This document shows, in pieces, positions 42,192 to 52,475 of a stretch of DNA of 64,000 bases. The notes under the pieces are model-generated. The model worked only from the letters and a program-made list of their open reading frames with translations, searched no databases and was not told where the DNA came from. Position 1 is the stretch's first letter. The number at the start of each line of letters is the position of its first letter. The position numbers and the translations under genes are program-made. Source of the DNA: an uncultured delta proteobacterium (GTDB taxonomy: Bacteria; Desulfobacterota; Binatia; UBA9968); the NCBI GenBank assembly GCA_963745835.1, contig CAVUZH010000003.1, positions 448,001 to 512,000 of the forward strand, in the 5' to 3' direction.

Positions 42192-42968
42192 ATGAAAATG
42201 ATTTCACCTGTTAGCGAGTCGGCATACTCCAAAGCCGTAATCGCAGAGTACGGAACTCTCTTGTTTATCTCGGGACAGGAGTCGATCGATCAAGACGGAA
42301 GACTGATCGCGCCCGGGGATTTTAACGGACAGATTCAGCAGGTTTGGAACAACATGCGAGCCATCCTGGACAAGGCCGGCGGCACGCTCGACAAGATTGC
42401 CACGATGACGGTTTACACCACCGAACGCCGCTGGGGCCGGCAGTTTACCGGTGGTCGAAAAGAGATTTTCAAGCAAGGTTTTCCGGCCAGTGCATTTGTC
42501 GAAGCTAGAAAACTCCGGACTCCGGGAGCGCTGCTACAGATTCCGGCCATCGCCGTTTTGGATGAAAGGAAAAGAAATATGAGCGAGTCGCCTGAGAAAT
42601 TATTCATCGATCCGTTACCTCAACTTGGGCAGTCACGGGCCGTCAAGGTGCACGGAGGCAGTATGGTTTTTCTTGCCGGTCATACGGCTGGAGAAATGCC
42701 CAACGGCAGCGAAGCCTTCAATTTTACGCTCCAGGCAAAGCGTACGTTTGACAGGATAAAAACCTCCATAGAATCAGCCGGCGGCCGGCTATCCGATATC
42801 GTCAGCATGTCGGTGTTCATGACCGATATGCGGCACGTGTCCGAGTTTCAGAACGTGCTCAGAGATCTTTTCGGTGACAATTTGCCGGCGAGCTCCTACG
42901 TGGAGGTAACCCATTTGGCTCGACCGGAACTTCTGATAGAGATTCAACCCATCGCCATCGTGGCCTAA
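42192..42968 (+). CDS. Tandem RidA/YjgF/UK114-domain protein
   Basis: Two Rid repeats: YSKAV..LFISGQ...AGG.L..I...FPAS and SRAV..VFLAGH...AGG.LSDIV...LPAS...LIEI. Confidence 0.88.
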   Translation: MKMISPVSESAYSKAVIAEYGTLLFISGQESIDQDGRLIAPGDFNGQIQQVWNNMRAILDKAGGTLDKIATMTVYTTERRWGRQFTGGRKEIFKQGFPASAFVEARKLRTPGALLQIPAIAVLDERKRNMSESPEKLFIDPLPQLGQSRAVKVHGGSMVFLAGHTAGEMPNGSEAFNFTLQAKRTFDRIKTSIESAGGRLSDIVSMSVFMTDMRHVSEFQNVLRDLFGDNLPASSYVEVTHLARPELLIEIQPIAIVA

Positions 42969-43054
42969 CAGGCTGCTGAAAAAGACCCATATGCTTCGTT
43001 ACGCTCAAATCGCCTCTCGGGTCTTTTTGAACAGCCTGCAACCAAAGTTTTTCA
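42965..43054. mobile_element. MITE family A, copy 4 (short variant, right end truncated)
   Basis: CTAACAGGCTGCTGAAAAAGACCCATATGCTTCGTT...TTTTTGAACAGCCTGCAACCA.AGTTTTTCA. Confidence 0.8.
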
Positions 43055-43535
43055 CCAGAGAGCGCACCATGCGATTACCTTCTTTGGTGATATGCCCATG
43101 GCGTTCGGTCTCCGCGCTCTGACGCACCCGCGGCGCCAACCCAAAGTAGCTGGCCAACTTCTTAGCATTAGAAAATCGAGCAATCTCGCCAATCCAGCAG
43201 CTCATCGCCACCGCACTGACCGCTCCCACTCCCGGGATCGTCATCAGCCGCTTAGCCGAGCCATCTTCAAGAGCGATCTTCATCAACTCTTTGTCCAGTC
43301 CTCCATCTGCCGATTGACAAACCCCAAAAGCTCCACATCTTCTCCCACAATCCTCGGAGCATAGCCGCTGAGATCCTCGGCTCCCGAGACTTGGGGTTGG
43401 GCCCGCTGAAGCTTGGCTTGGGGATCGATGTTTCGCTTGGCGTAAACCGCACGCAGTTCGTTGATCACAGCGGTTCGTTGACGCACCAGGCGCGCCCGGT
43501 GGGTCAGAAGCTCGCGAATATGGCGTTGTTTTGAG
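43055..43535 (-). pseudogene. IS110 family transposase internal fragment
   Basis: RQRTAVINELRAV (one frame), then LMTIPGVG..SA...IGEIARF.NAKKLASYFGL.P..RQS...GHITKEGN; both ends missing. Confidence 0.85.
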
Positions 43536-43569
43536 GAGGGACAAGTTCAGCAACCTACTAGGAGAATGG

Positions 43570-44574
43570 ATGCAACTACTTTTCCTCGTGCTATTAACTT
43601 TCCTACTGGGATCTTCGTTCGATCTTGCTTATGCCCAATCCGAAGATGAGCTCATAGCCGGAGCCAAGAAGGAGGCAAAAGTCACCTTCTGGAGCGGCAT
43701 GGCGCTGGACGATTCGCGTCTGGTGGCCGCCGGGTTCGAGAAAAAATATCCCTTCATCAAGGTCGATATCTTCCGGGCGGGAGGCGAGCAGATCGTGAAC
43801 CGCGCCATCGCCGAGACAGGCGCCGGACAAAACACAGCCGACGTACTCAATGCATTCGCTTTGAAGGTGCTGCAAGAAAGAAATTTTCTGCAACCGTACG
43901 CCGCCCCTGAAGCGGCCGCTTATCCGGCCGCCTACAAGGATCCCAAAAATTTCTGGGTATCGTTGAAGAACAATTACAATGTCATCGGTTACAATTCGAG
44001 GCTGGTCAGTCCTCAGGAAGCTCCCAAGAACTGGGAAGATCTCCTGCATCCACGTTGGAAAGACAAGCTTGGCATGGACGACGAAGAGTACTTCTGGTAC
44101 GCCGGGATGCTCAAACACTGGGGCGAAGCGAAAGGCAAAAAATACATGGAAGCGCTGGCCAAGCAGGGCATTCAGTGGCGTAACGGCCACAATCTCCTGG
44201 TCGAACTGATGGGCGCCGGCGAGTACCCGGTGTCGGTCGTGATCTACCCTGAACGCGCCGAACAACTCAAAGCCAAAGGGCAAACCGTCGAGTGGGTGAA
44301 AACCACCGATCCGATTCTGGTCAATATGGACATCATGGGCATCGCCGCCAAAGCGCCGCACCCTAACGCGGCAAAACTGTTTTTTAACTATGTGCTTTCC
44401 AAGGAAGCGCAGATGATTCTTCACAGCCGCCATCGCATCTCGGCGCGCACGGATATCCCGCCGCTGGTAGCGAGCATGGAGCCCAAGAAACTTCCATTGG
44501 TGCCGCTCGATCCGGCGATTCCGACGAATGCGAGCATCGTTCGGGAGTTCCGATCTGTCTTCGGATTGAAGTAA
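43570..44574 (+). CDS. Extracellular solute-binding protein (Fe3+/thiamine SBP clan)
   Basis: Signal peptide from ATG 43570; GAKKEAKV, FEKKYPFIKV, PKNWEDLLHPRWK, APHPNAAKLF. Confidence 0.9.
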   Translation: MQLLFLVLLTFLLGSSFDLAYAQSEDELIAGAKKEAKVTFWSGMALDDSRLVAAGFEKKYPFIKVDIFRAGGEQIVNRAIAETGAGQNTADVLNAFALKVLQERNFLQPYAAPEAAAYPAAYKDPKNFWVSLKNNYNVIGYNSRLVSPQEAPKNWEDLLHPRWKDKLGMDDEEYFWYAGMLKHWGEAKGKKYMEALAKQGIQWRNGHNLLVELMGAGEYPVSVVIYPERAEQLKAKGQTVEWVKTTDPILVNMDIMGIAAKAPHPNAAKLFFNYVLSKEAQMILHSRHRISARTDIPPLVASMEPKKLPLVPLDPAIPTNASIVREFRSVFGLK

Positions 44575-44701
44575 TAGGTGATCTTACGCGCACAGCGCAA
44601 TTAGCCATTCAAGCATCCGCACGTGCCACGTTCACGGGCACGAAACCGCTTACGGTGATACGTTGCGCGCAGTTAGCCGGCCGAAAGGAGAGGACGTGAC
44701 G

Positions 44702-45475
44702 ATGGAAATGACAAGTGACAAGTTCGTCTTGTTCACCCAACCTGGTTGAAGCAGTTGCCTTAGAACGAAAGAGTTTCTTTCGAAAAAAGGCATCGATTTT
44801 TCAACTATCGACGTTCTGAACGATCCCGCGGGGCGAGAGCAGTTGCTCAGCCTGGGAGCGCAGAGTGTGCCGGTCCTGTCAAAGGATGGCCAGTTCATCT
44901 TCTGTCAGAATATGGAAGACGTCGCGGAATTCGTCGGCCTGCAAGGCAGCGGACACAGTCCTCTTCCTCCCGAAGCATTGGTCGAAAAGTGGATCACCGT
45001 GCTGCGCGCATCGCAACGCTACGTCCGCCAGATTCCCAACCCGCGACTCACGGAACGAGCTATCGAAAATCGCGACCGCTCGATCCGGCTCCTAAGCCAT
45101 CACATCTTTCGCATCGGCGAAGCTTTCCTCGAGACCGCGTTGGATGATGTGGAATACCGCACCAACAATGCCAACGTGCCGCCCGCCGATGGCAGCTGCC
45201 TGACCGGTGTAGCGATTGCGGCTTATGGCGACGGGATTATCGAACGGATTGAGAACTGGTGGACCCAGCTTGAAGACAAATCCTGCCGGCAAAAGGTCAG
45301 AACGTTTTATGGCACGCCGCCGATGCACCAACTGTTGGAGCGCTCAACCTGGCACTCGGCGCAGCATGCGCGCCAAATGATCGCCGTGCTCGAGCGCTTG
45401 CGCATTGAACCCGACAATCGGTTAACCGCTGAGGATCTTGCCGGACTACCTCTCCCGGAAGGGATTTGGGAGTAG
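44702..45475 (+). CDS. Probable selenoprotein: glutaredoxin/NrdH domain (UxxC) fused to a DinB-like thiol-transferase domain
   Basis: AGGAGAGG RBS, ATG 44702, FTQPG-TGA(44747-49)-SSC-LRTKEFL..KGIDF...SVP in frame with the 44843-45475 ORF; DinB SIRLLSHH and WHSAQH..Q. Confidence 0.85.
44756..44792 (+). promoter_or_regulatory. Bacterial SECIS-like hairpin
   Basis: Lower stem TGCCTT/AAGGCA, upper stem CGAAAGA/TCTTTCG, apical loop GTT starting at the 24th nt after the UGA. Confidence 0.7.
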
Positions 45476-45707
45476 TAGAGCATCAGCGATGTTTCACGAT
45501 GAGGCTTCAAAAATCTCACGTGGTCCTCGGGTGTAAGCGTAGTGCGTCGTTCCCGTCAACCGTAAGCAGGACCTCGCCGAAACGTTAGTTGTTAATCCAC
45601 AAGACTTTGCCAATCTCGCCTCCTGCTGATTTGCATAGGCTTGCGAGATTGGCTACTGTCGAAAGTTCTACAATCAGCTGCAAACCCACGTTCATTTCTG
45701 GAGGAAA

Positions 45708-46970
45708 ATGCCCAAGCACGCCGAAAGCGCGCAGAGTGGAGCCGCATCAGCTAAACCGGTGGCTTTCGCTGCGTTGCGCCACCGTGATTTTCGTGTTTTC
45801 TTTCCGGCCACCATGCTCGCCATGATGGCCGACAATATCGAGCACGTGATCAGTTACTGGTTGTTGTTCGAGAAGTTTCAGTCGCCTGTGCTGGCGGGCT
45901 TTGCCGTGATCAGTCATTGGACGCCGTTTCTCTTGCTCTCTGTTTACTTCGGCGGCCTGGCCGATCGCTACGATTGCCGCAAGCTGATTCAGATTGCCCA
46001 AGTGATGTATATGGCGGTTTCGGTCGCTTGGGCAATTCTCTTTTTCACGGATAGTCTCGAGGTTTGGCACGCCTGCGTGCTGCTCGTGATTCACGGCATC
46101 GCCGGCGTCTTCTGGACACCTGCCGAGCAACTGCTGATTCATGACATTGTCGGCCCCGAAGATCTGCCGAGCGCGGTGCGGCTAAACTCGACAAGCCGGC
46201 AGTTGGGGATTTTGCTCGGGCCGGCGGTGGGCGGCGCGATGATGCTGTGGCTCGGCGCGCCGGCCGGCTTGCTCATCAATGCGATCATTTATCTGCCGTT
46301 AACTGTCTGGCTGATGATCGTTCCTTATACCGGCCATATCCGCGACGATGCGCCGCCGCGGCGCGCAATGGCTTGGAAGGATGCCATCGGCACGGTGCGG
46401 CAGATAATGGAGCACCGGCCGATTGTGACCATGATCGCGTTGGGCGGCGCTGCCTCGCTATTTGTCGGCAATGCGTTTCACGCTCAGATGCCGGAGTTTG
46501 CCCATGACCTCGGCACGGAGAAAGCAGATCTGACGTACAGCGCTTTGCTTGCCGCCAATGCCGCGGGGGCGGTAGTGGGCGGGTTCGTGCTCGATGGCAA
46601 GGACTGGGTGCCACCGACGGTGAGGTCGGCTATTCTCTGCGCAATCTTGTGGTGCGTGGTGATGGCGGCTTTCGCTTTTTCCTACAGCTATCCGTTGTCA
46701 GTGGCGCTGTTGTTTTGCGCCGGAGCTCTGAATCTCGCCTTCTACTCCACGGCGCAGACTATCGTTCAGCTGCAGGCGCCGATTGATTTGCGCGGCCGGC
46801 TGATCGGTTTGTTTACCATGTCAGCCTATGGCCTGCGCGCCTTCAGCGGCGTTACCGTCGGCGTGGTCGGCGGCTTGATCGGTATCCACTGGTCTCTGGC
46901 GCTGAGCTCGATGATTCTTCTGGGCATTACTCTGGCATTATTCGCTTTTGCGCTGCCTGCGCAAGAATGA
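45708..46970 (+). CDS. MFS transporter (MFS_3/EntS-like)
   Basis: FAALRHRDFR, GGLADRYDCRKL, about 12 hydrophobic segments, LRGR..GLF. Confidence 0.9.
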   Translation: MPKHAESAQSGAASAKPVAFAALRHRDFRVFFPATMLAMMADNIEHVISYWLLFEKFQSPVLAGFAVISHWTPFLLLSVYFGGLADRYDCRKLIQIAQVMYMAVSVAWAILFFTDSLEVWHACVLLVIHGIAGVFWTPAEQLLIHDIVGPEDLPSAVRLNSTSRQLGILLGPAVGGAMMLWLGAPAGLLINAIIYLPLTVWLMIVPYTGHIRDDAPPRRAMAWKDAIGTVRQIMEHRPIVTMIALGGAASLFVGNAFHAQMPEFAHDLGTEKADLTYSALLAANAAGAVVGGFVLDGKDWVPPTVRSAILCAILWCVVMAAFAFSYSYPLSVALLFCAGALNLAFYSTAQTIVQLQAPIDLRGRLIGLFTMSAYGLRAFSGVTVGVVGGLIGIHWSLALSSMILLGITLALFAFALPAQE

Positions 46971-46984
46971 CTGGCGGTATGCCG

Positions 46985-48518
46985 TTAGGACGATTTCGCT
47001 TCAGCATTGTCGACTGAAGCGTTGTCTGGAGCAGCGACGGCCGATCGTTTCTCAAGCCGCACCGAGAAGTCCTTCCGCTGAATGAAGATTTGCCGGGTAT
47101 CTTTGCGTTGCGCCAAGGAGCTGATCAACGTTACCAGAGGCGTTGCCGTGCTCGTGTAATCCTTTGCCGGCGCCGCCGCCTTCATACTGGCAACATAATC
47201 TTCTCCGGCAAAATAACGGAGAATTTTCTCATCGTCCGAGACGCCGTCGCCGCCAAATTTCGCTCTAAACTCCTTGACTGAAATCTCCGGCAGCGTCCAT
47301 TTGGCCAGCTCCTTGGCGCGCGGCCGGCTGAGAATCTTATCTCTCACATTGGCATCGATGGAGCGCGCTTCCTCTTCGCCCCAGTGACCAAGCGCGTACT
47401 GGATCATTTCATCGGTGATCTCTCTGTAACGTTCTCCAACCATGACGTTGATCGCCGCTTGCACGCCGACAAATTGGGAATAGGGGGTCACCATGATCGG
47501 GTAGCCAAACTCCGCCCTGACCCGAACCACCTCCTCGAGCACCGCGTCCAGTTGATCGAGCTTGCCGAGGTTTGCCAGTTGGAAGCGGAAGTTTGAGATC
47601 ATTCCGCCGGGCACCTGATGAATCGGATGAAAGGCGTCATACTCGACCGGCCTGCCGATGGGAAGATTCTTTTGTCTCGCGACCGCGGTGAAATGCTCGG
47701 TCACCGGCTTGAGAGCCTCTTCGTCGATCGCGGTGGAGTAACCCAGCGCCCGGGCGTTCATCGCGACATTGAAGATCGACGGGTTAGAGGAAGCCTCCGC
47801 GAGAGGAGGGATCGCTGTGTTGATCGAGCGGATTCCCGCGCTTGATCGCCTCCAGGCAGGATGGCGCGCCCAGCCCGGTGGTGCAGTGGGTGTGAAACTC
47901 GACCGGTTTACCGTTGGCATTCTCGAGGATCAACGGAACCAGCGCGCGGGTTCGCTCCGGCGTGAGCAGTCCTCCCGGATCTTTGAAGCAGATGCGCGCC
48001 ACGTCGAGTTTGGCGGCTTCGCGAATTCTTTGGAGAAAATAGTCATCGGTGTGTTTCGGCGATATCGAATAAATAATGTTGAGAATCGTTTTGAGGCCGA
48101 GCCGATTGGCGCCGGCCACCGACTCTGCCCAGTACGATGGAGTATTGGAAGGATCCGAGGTGCGCAGCTCGGAGATCCCGTTAGCGGCTAATCGCTCGAG
48201 CCAGAGCTCGGCGATGGCGGTTGGGGTGATCTGAAACGCCAGCATGGAGCGGCTGCGGATCGCACGGAGCGGTGTTTTTTTAGCCCGTTGCGCCACCAAC
48301 CGCGTGCGTTCCCAAAGATCTTCTTTTAGATCGCGAACCGCCTTCTTAAAAAATGCCGAGGAGATCAGCTCGAATGCCTCAAAGCCGGCTGCGTCGATAG
48401 AATCGATAATCGGCAGCATCATGCGGGTGGTCATATTAGAGGCCCACAGACTCAACTGCCCATCGCGCAAGGTGGTGTCGACGAAACGAATTTCACCGGT
48501 TTGTTTCATGTCGTTCAT
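46985..48518 (-). CDS. Pyruvate carboxylase B / oxaloacetate decarboxylase alpha-like carboxyltransferase, frameshift near 47835
   Basis: DTTLRDGQ.SL, CFKDPGG, HTHCTTG, HQVPGGMISN, GYPIMVTPYSQ.VG.QA; no AMKM biotinyl domain. Confidence 0.85.
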
Positions 48519-48859
48519 AGTTCATTTATTGATAAGCATCCCCAGGTTCAAGCGATAATGCGATCAAGCGGCAAGCCTTCCGGAGCGAACAATAAGCTCT
48601 TTGTGCAGGCCCGGATCATTCATCCTTCGAGGAAAAACGATGACTCTGTGTTGCCCGAAGAGTGAGCCTCGAAGCGAGCGGGCACAGGAACGTAAAAGTG
48701 CGCGACTTTTATCGAGTTGGCAATAAGCTTCGTTTCTTCCTGCTGTACACTCTACCACTCAGGTTGCATGCCTCCTCAAGGACAGGCCCATTGCCCGCGA
48801 CCGGAGAGGCTCGCTCCTCGGGCATTCTTGAATTCGAAATGAACAAGAGCTGTCATAGG

Positions 48860-50359
48860 TCACAAAGCGGTGGTGCTGGCCGGCGGCCGGCGGTGGCGCG
48901 TTGCCTGCTCGTAGGCATAGGCCAGTTTGATCATCTTGCCCTCCTCGTACGGCCGGCCCAGGAAGGTGATTCCCGCGGGTAAATTGTCGCGCGTGTAGCC
49001 GGCGGGAACCACGATGGAAGGAACGAAGATCAGAAACGTATTGATGTGCGGCGCGCCTTTCTGATCGACGTAAGGTGGATTAATCCCGTCCTTGATCAAG
49101 GTCGGTTGGTGCTCCACCGCCTTGTGGACGATCGCGTCCAGACGGTTATCGGCCATCACCTTCAATACATTGGTCATCAGTTGCTCGCGCGCCTTGAGGT
49201 ATTCGTAATGCGCAGCCGGTTCGCCGGTCCTGCTCCATCTTTCGCGCGAGCCTTTGATGACTTTGGCGAAGTCCGGCGATTTCATGGCGTCTTCGCGGGT
49301 TTTATACGGCGCGCCGGAATTTCTGCCAAAGTAAGTTTTGAATGATTCCTGTTCGATGGCCAGGCTGCCGGAGCGCTTGGCGAGCAAGGCTTTTAAATTG
49401 GGAATGACGATCGGATCGACAATCTCCGCTCCCATGCTTTTCAACTCGTCAACGGCCTTGTCGAAAACTTCCTCGATCTTGTGGAAGTCTTCGGAGTTGG
49501 GTTCGGTCGCGTATCCCATGGCTTCGCGCAAAATCCCGATGCGCGCGCCTTTGAGGCCGTTCTTATCGAGAAAGCTTGTGTAGCTTTCCGGAATCTGTCC
49601 GACACCCCTGGCGGTGAGAGGATCTTCCGGGTCATAGCCGACCATGACATCGAGCAGCTTGGCGAGATCTTCCATCGAACGGGTCATCGGTCCGAGGGAT
49701 CCGACCGGCGATGGCCATCCGGCGTAGACTCCGCTGCGACTGACTAAGCCGGCGGTCGGGCGCATGCCGCACACCGAATTCCACGTCGATGGCCGCCGAA
49801 TCGATGCAAAGCCCTCCTGGCCGATGGCAACCGTGCAATAGTTGGCGGCAACACTCGCTGCCGAGCCTCCTGAAGATCCGCCCGCGGTGCGATCCAGGTC
49901 ATACGGATTGCGCGTCGAGCCGAAAAGAGAACCGTGGGTATCGCCGCCGCCTAACTCGCCGAGCGTGGCTTTCCCAAGAATCACGGCGCCCGCCCGTTTA
50001 AGCTTTTCTACCGCGAAGGCGTCGCGCTGCGGATAATAATCCTTGAACAACACGGAGCCCAGGGTGGTCGGCATTCCCTTGGCATCGCCTTGATCCTTCA
50101 TGATCACCGGGATCCCGTGTAGCGGACCGACAAAGCCGGACGTTTTGAAAGCGGCATCAAGGCGTTCAGCTTCGCCTAACGCCAGTGGGTTGATAGAGAT
50201 GATGGCATTGATCGCCGGGCCTTTTTTGTCGAAAGCCTCGATGCGATCCAAATACATCTGTACCAGCCGCTGTGCCGTAAGCTGGCCGGATCGGTAAGCG
50301 CTATGAACGCTCTCGATGGTGGCTTCGATGATGTTGAAGGGCTGGTTTGCTTCAGTCAT
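48860..50359 (-). CDS. Amidase signature family enzyme
   Basis: PLHGIPVIMKD, TRNPY, GGSSGGS, SIRRPS, YAYEQAT. Confidence 0.92.
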   Translation of the reverse strand: MTEANQPFNIIEATIESVHSAYRSGQLTAQRLVQMYLDRIEAFDKKGPAINAIISINPLALGEAERLDAAFKTSGFVGPLHGIPVIMKDQGDAKGMPTTLGSVLFKDYYPQRDAFAVEKLKRAGAVILGKATLGELGGGDTHGSLFGSTRNPYDLDRTAGGSSGGSAASVAANYCTVAIGQEGFASIRRPSTWNSVCGMRPTAGLVSRSGVYAGWPSPVGSLGPMTRSMEDLAKLLDVMVGYDPEDPLTARGVGQIPESYTSFLDKNGLKGARIGILREAMGYATEPNSEDFHKIEEVFDKAVDELKSMGAEIVDPIVIPNLKALLAKRSGSLAIEQESFKTYFGRNSGAPYKTREDAMKSPDFAKVIKGSRERWSRTGEPAAHYEYLKAREQLMTNVLKVMADNRLDAIVHKAVEHQPTLIKDGINPPYVDQKGAPHINTFLIFVPSIVVPAGYTRDNLPAGITFLGRPYEEGKMIKLAYAYEQATRHRRPPASTTAL

Positions 50360-50390
50360 ATATTTCTCCTTCACGTGTATCAGGATTTAA

Positions 50391-50603
50391 CCCTAATCCG
50401 ACATTATTTTGGAGCGGGCGAGGCCGGCGACCCCTACAGCCGTGGGCAATAGAGCAGTGCCTTGAAGGCCACCCCGCATTCCCCTCAGGGTGATGTTTTG
50501 TACGTCGGGACCTTAGTGTAAACTATGCGCTCGGATGCCCACGGCTTGCGGTCTCGCCCTCCTCGCTCACTGCTGAAGGTGCTCAACTTTTGTCGGATTA
50601 GGG
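50391..50603. mobile_element. MITE family B, copy 2 (213 bp, inverted relative to copy 1)
   Basis: TTAA-CCCTAATCCGACA ... TGTCGGATTAGGG-TTAA; internal AAGGCCACCCCGCATT is the reverse complement of AATGCGGGGTGGCCTT in copy 1. Confidence 0.85.
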
Positions 50604-50625
50604 TTAACATTTTCACGGCGCTCGC

Positions 50626-51231
50626 CTACAAAAGCGGTTTAACCGATGGGCGCTGCTTCATCTTCTGCAGCCAGCCATCGAGCCGCGGCAAGGAAGGATC
50701 CGGCAGGGCGCCATAGTCTTCGAATCGGAAAAAGCGCGCCAGCAGATCGATATCAGTCAGGCTCAGTTCGCCGAGAAAATACGGCTTGTCGCCCAGCGCG
50801 TCTTCGAGATAGCGCATGAGTTCTCTTAAATTCCGGCGCGTCTCGCCGATGATGGTCTGATCGCGCTCGGTGTCCTTCTTCAACATCTCGCCGCGCAATG
50901 CCCAGTAAGGCTCATGCATGTATCTCAAACCGTAGTCGACCAAAACGCGGCCGCGCGCGCGCAGATACGGATCTTTCGGCATCAGCGCAGGCTGCGGATA
51001 CTGCTCGTCCAAGTATTCATTGATGATGCAGGATTCAAAAAGCACTTTGCCGTTGTCATTGATCACCGGCACCTTGCCGTACGGATTGAGCTTTAAGAAT
51101 TCAGGTTGCTTCTGTTCTTTCTTCGCAAGGTCGAGGGTCACCCGTTGGTAGGCGAGTCCTTTCTCATGCAGAACGATTTTTACCCGATCGCTGTTAGCCG
51201 AGGGCGACGCATCGTACAACGTAATGGCCAT
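50626..51231 (-). CDS. Glutathione S-transferase family protein
   Basis: LNPYGKVPV, LFESCIINEYLDE, LSLTDI; start ATG 51231. Confidence 0.9.
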   Translation of the reverse strand: MAITLYDASPSANSDRVKIVLHEKGLAYQRVTLDLAKKEQKQPEFLKLNPYGKVPVINDNGKVLFESCIINEYLDEQYPQPALMPKDPYLRARGRVLVDYGLRYMHEPYWALRGEMLKKDTERDQTIIGETRRNLRELMRYLEDALGDKPYFLGELSLTDIDLLARFFRFEDYGALPDPSLPRLDGWLQKMKQRPSVKPLL

Positions 51232-51355
51232 AGGTTCCTCCCGCAAGGTAAAATCGCCGGAACGGCGCATTGCAGATCATAGGAATCTTATATTTAGAAG
51301 TCGCGGCGATTTGCAATCTGTTGCTGCATTTCTATTGGTTGGATTGACGAGACGG

Positions 51356-52270
51356 CTATCGTTTGGGCGCGCTGACCAGCACGACCGAGCCGATGATCAG
51401 ACTCGCGGCAAACAACGTGCGCCCGGTCATCGGCTCGTTCGCAAGAAAGTAACCGAGCAAAACTGCGACCAGCGGGTTGACGTAAGCGTAAGTCGATACC
51501 AGCGGTGTCGGCGCCACGCGCAGGAGCCAGACATAGGCAACAAAAGCCGCGGAACCCACCGCAGTCAGGTACGCCAGCGCGAGCGCCGAGCGTGATGAAA
51601 CCGCGCCGATATCCAGGTGGTTCCATTCGCCAGTAATGGTGGCGATCACCAGCAGTGCGACACCGCCGGCAAACATTTCCATGCCGGTTGCCAGTAGCGG
51701 TGACGCGGCAAGTCTTGCGGTCCTCGCATACAGAGAGCCGATCGCCCATGAGAGCGACGCAAACAGCACAGCCGTGGTGCCGAACAGATTGAAGACAAGG
51801 GCATCGCTGGCGGCGAACCGGATCAGCAGAACGACCCCGCCGAAGCCGATGAGAATGCCGATGATCGCAGCAACGCTCGGTCTTTGTTTGCCCCGCCGGG
51901 CCGAGTCGATGGCGACCATCCACAACGGTACCGTAGCGACCAGCAGCGCGGCGAGACTGGACGGAATGAACTGCGAAGCCCAGACCACGCCGCCGTTGCC
52001 GCCGAGTAAAAGAAAAATTCCGACGGTGGCGGCGCTGCGCCATTCCACTGCCGTGGGTTTGGCATCACCGGCGAAACGACGCCAGGTGTATAAACATGCT
52101 CCAGAGACGATGAAGCGAAAGGCCGCAGAGATAAACGGGGGAGTTGTTTCGACCGTGAAACGTATCGCCAGATAGGTAGATCCCCAGATGAGGTAAACCG
52201 CCAGCAAGGCCGACCAGATTGCCAGCGCAGAGGCTCGGTATTCCTGTGATGCCGGTGTTAACTGCCTCAC
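51356..52270 (-). CDS. EamA/DMT family transporter (YedA-like)
   Basis: VYLIWGSTYLAIR, RF..SG, GNGGV, STYAYVNP.VAV.LG; about 10 TM segments. Confidence 0.92.
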   Translation of the reverse strand: MRQLTPASQEYRASALAIWSALLAVYLIWGSTYLAIRFTVETTPPFISAAFRFIVSGACLYTWRRFAGDAKPTAVEWRSAATVGIFLLLGGNGGVVWASQFIPSSLAALLVATVPLWMVAIDSARRGKQRPSVAAIIGILIGFGGVVLLIRFAASDALVFNLFGTTAVLFASLSWAIGSLYARTARLAASPLLATGMEMFAGGVALLVIATITGEWNHLDIGAVSSRSALALAYLTAVGSAAFVAYVWLLRVAPTPLVSTYAYVNPLVAVLLGYFLANEPMTGRTLFAASLIIGSVVLVSAPKR

Positions 52271-52475
52271 CGACAGGCTCTTTCCAAGTGCACCTGCTCA
52301 TCGAGCGCATTTCCGAAGCCTCGCCGACAGTGATTGCGAAGCTGATAGACCGGCTGGAATAAACTCACGATTCGCCAAGCCGGCTCAAGACCGCTGAACC
52401 ACCAACTGTACCGTGATAATCGGGAGACTGCCGCCAGGTTGCCAAAAAACGTTTTCGCGATTGCGCGTTTGCCAC

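Noticed and set aside
44747-44749. TGA as a simple nonsense mutation or sequencing error
   Set aside because: It sits exactly at the catalytic Cys position with a SECIS-like hairpin downstream, and other visible errors in the window are indels; not fully excluded without reads.
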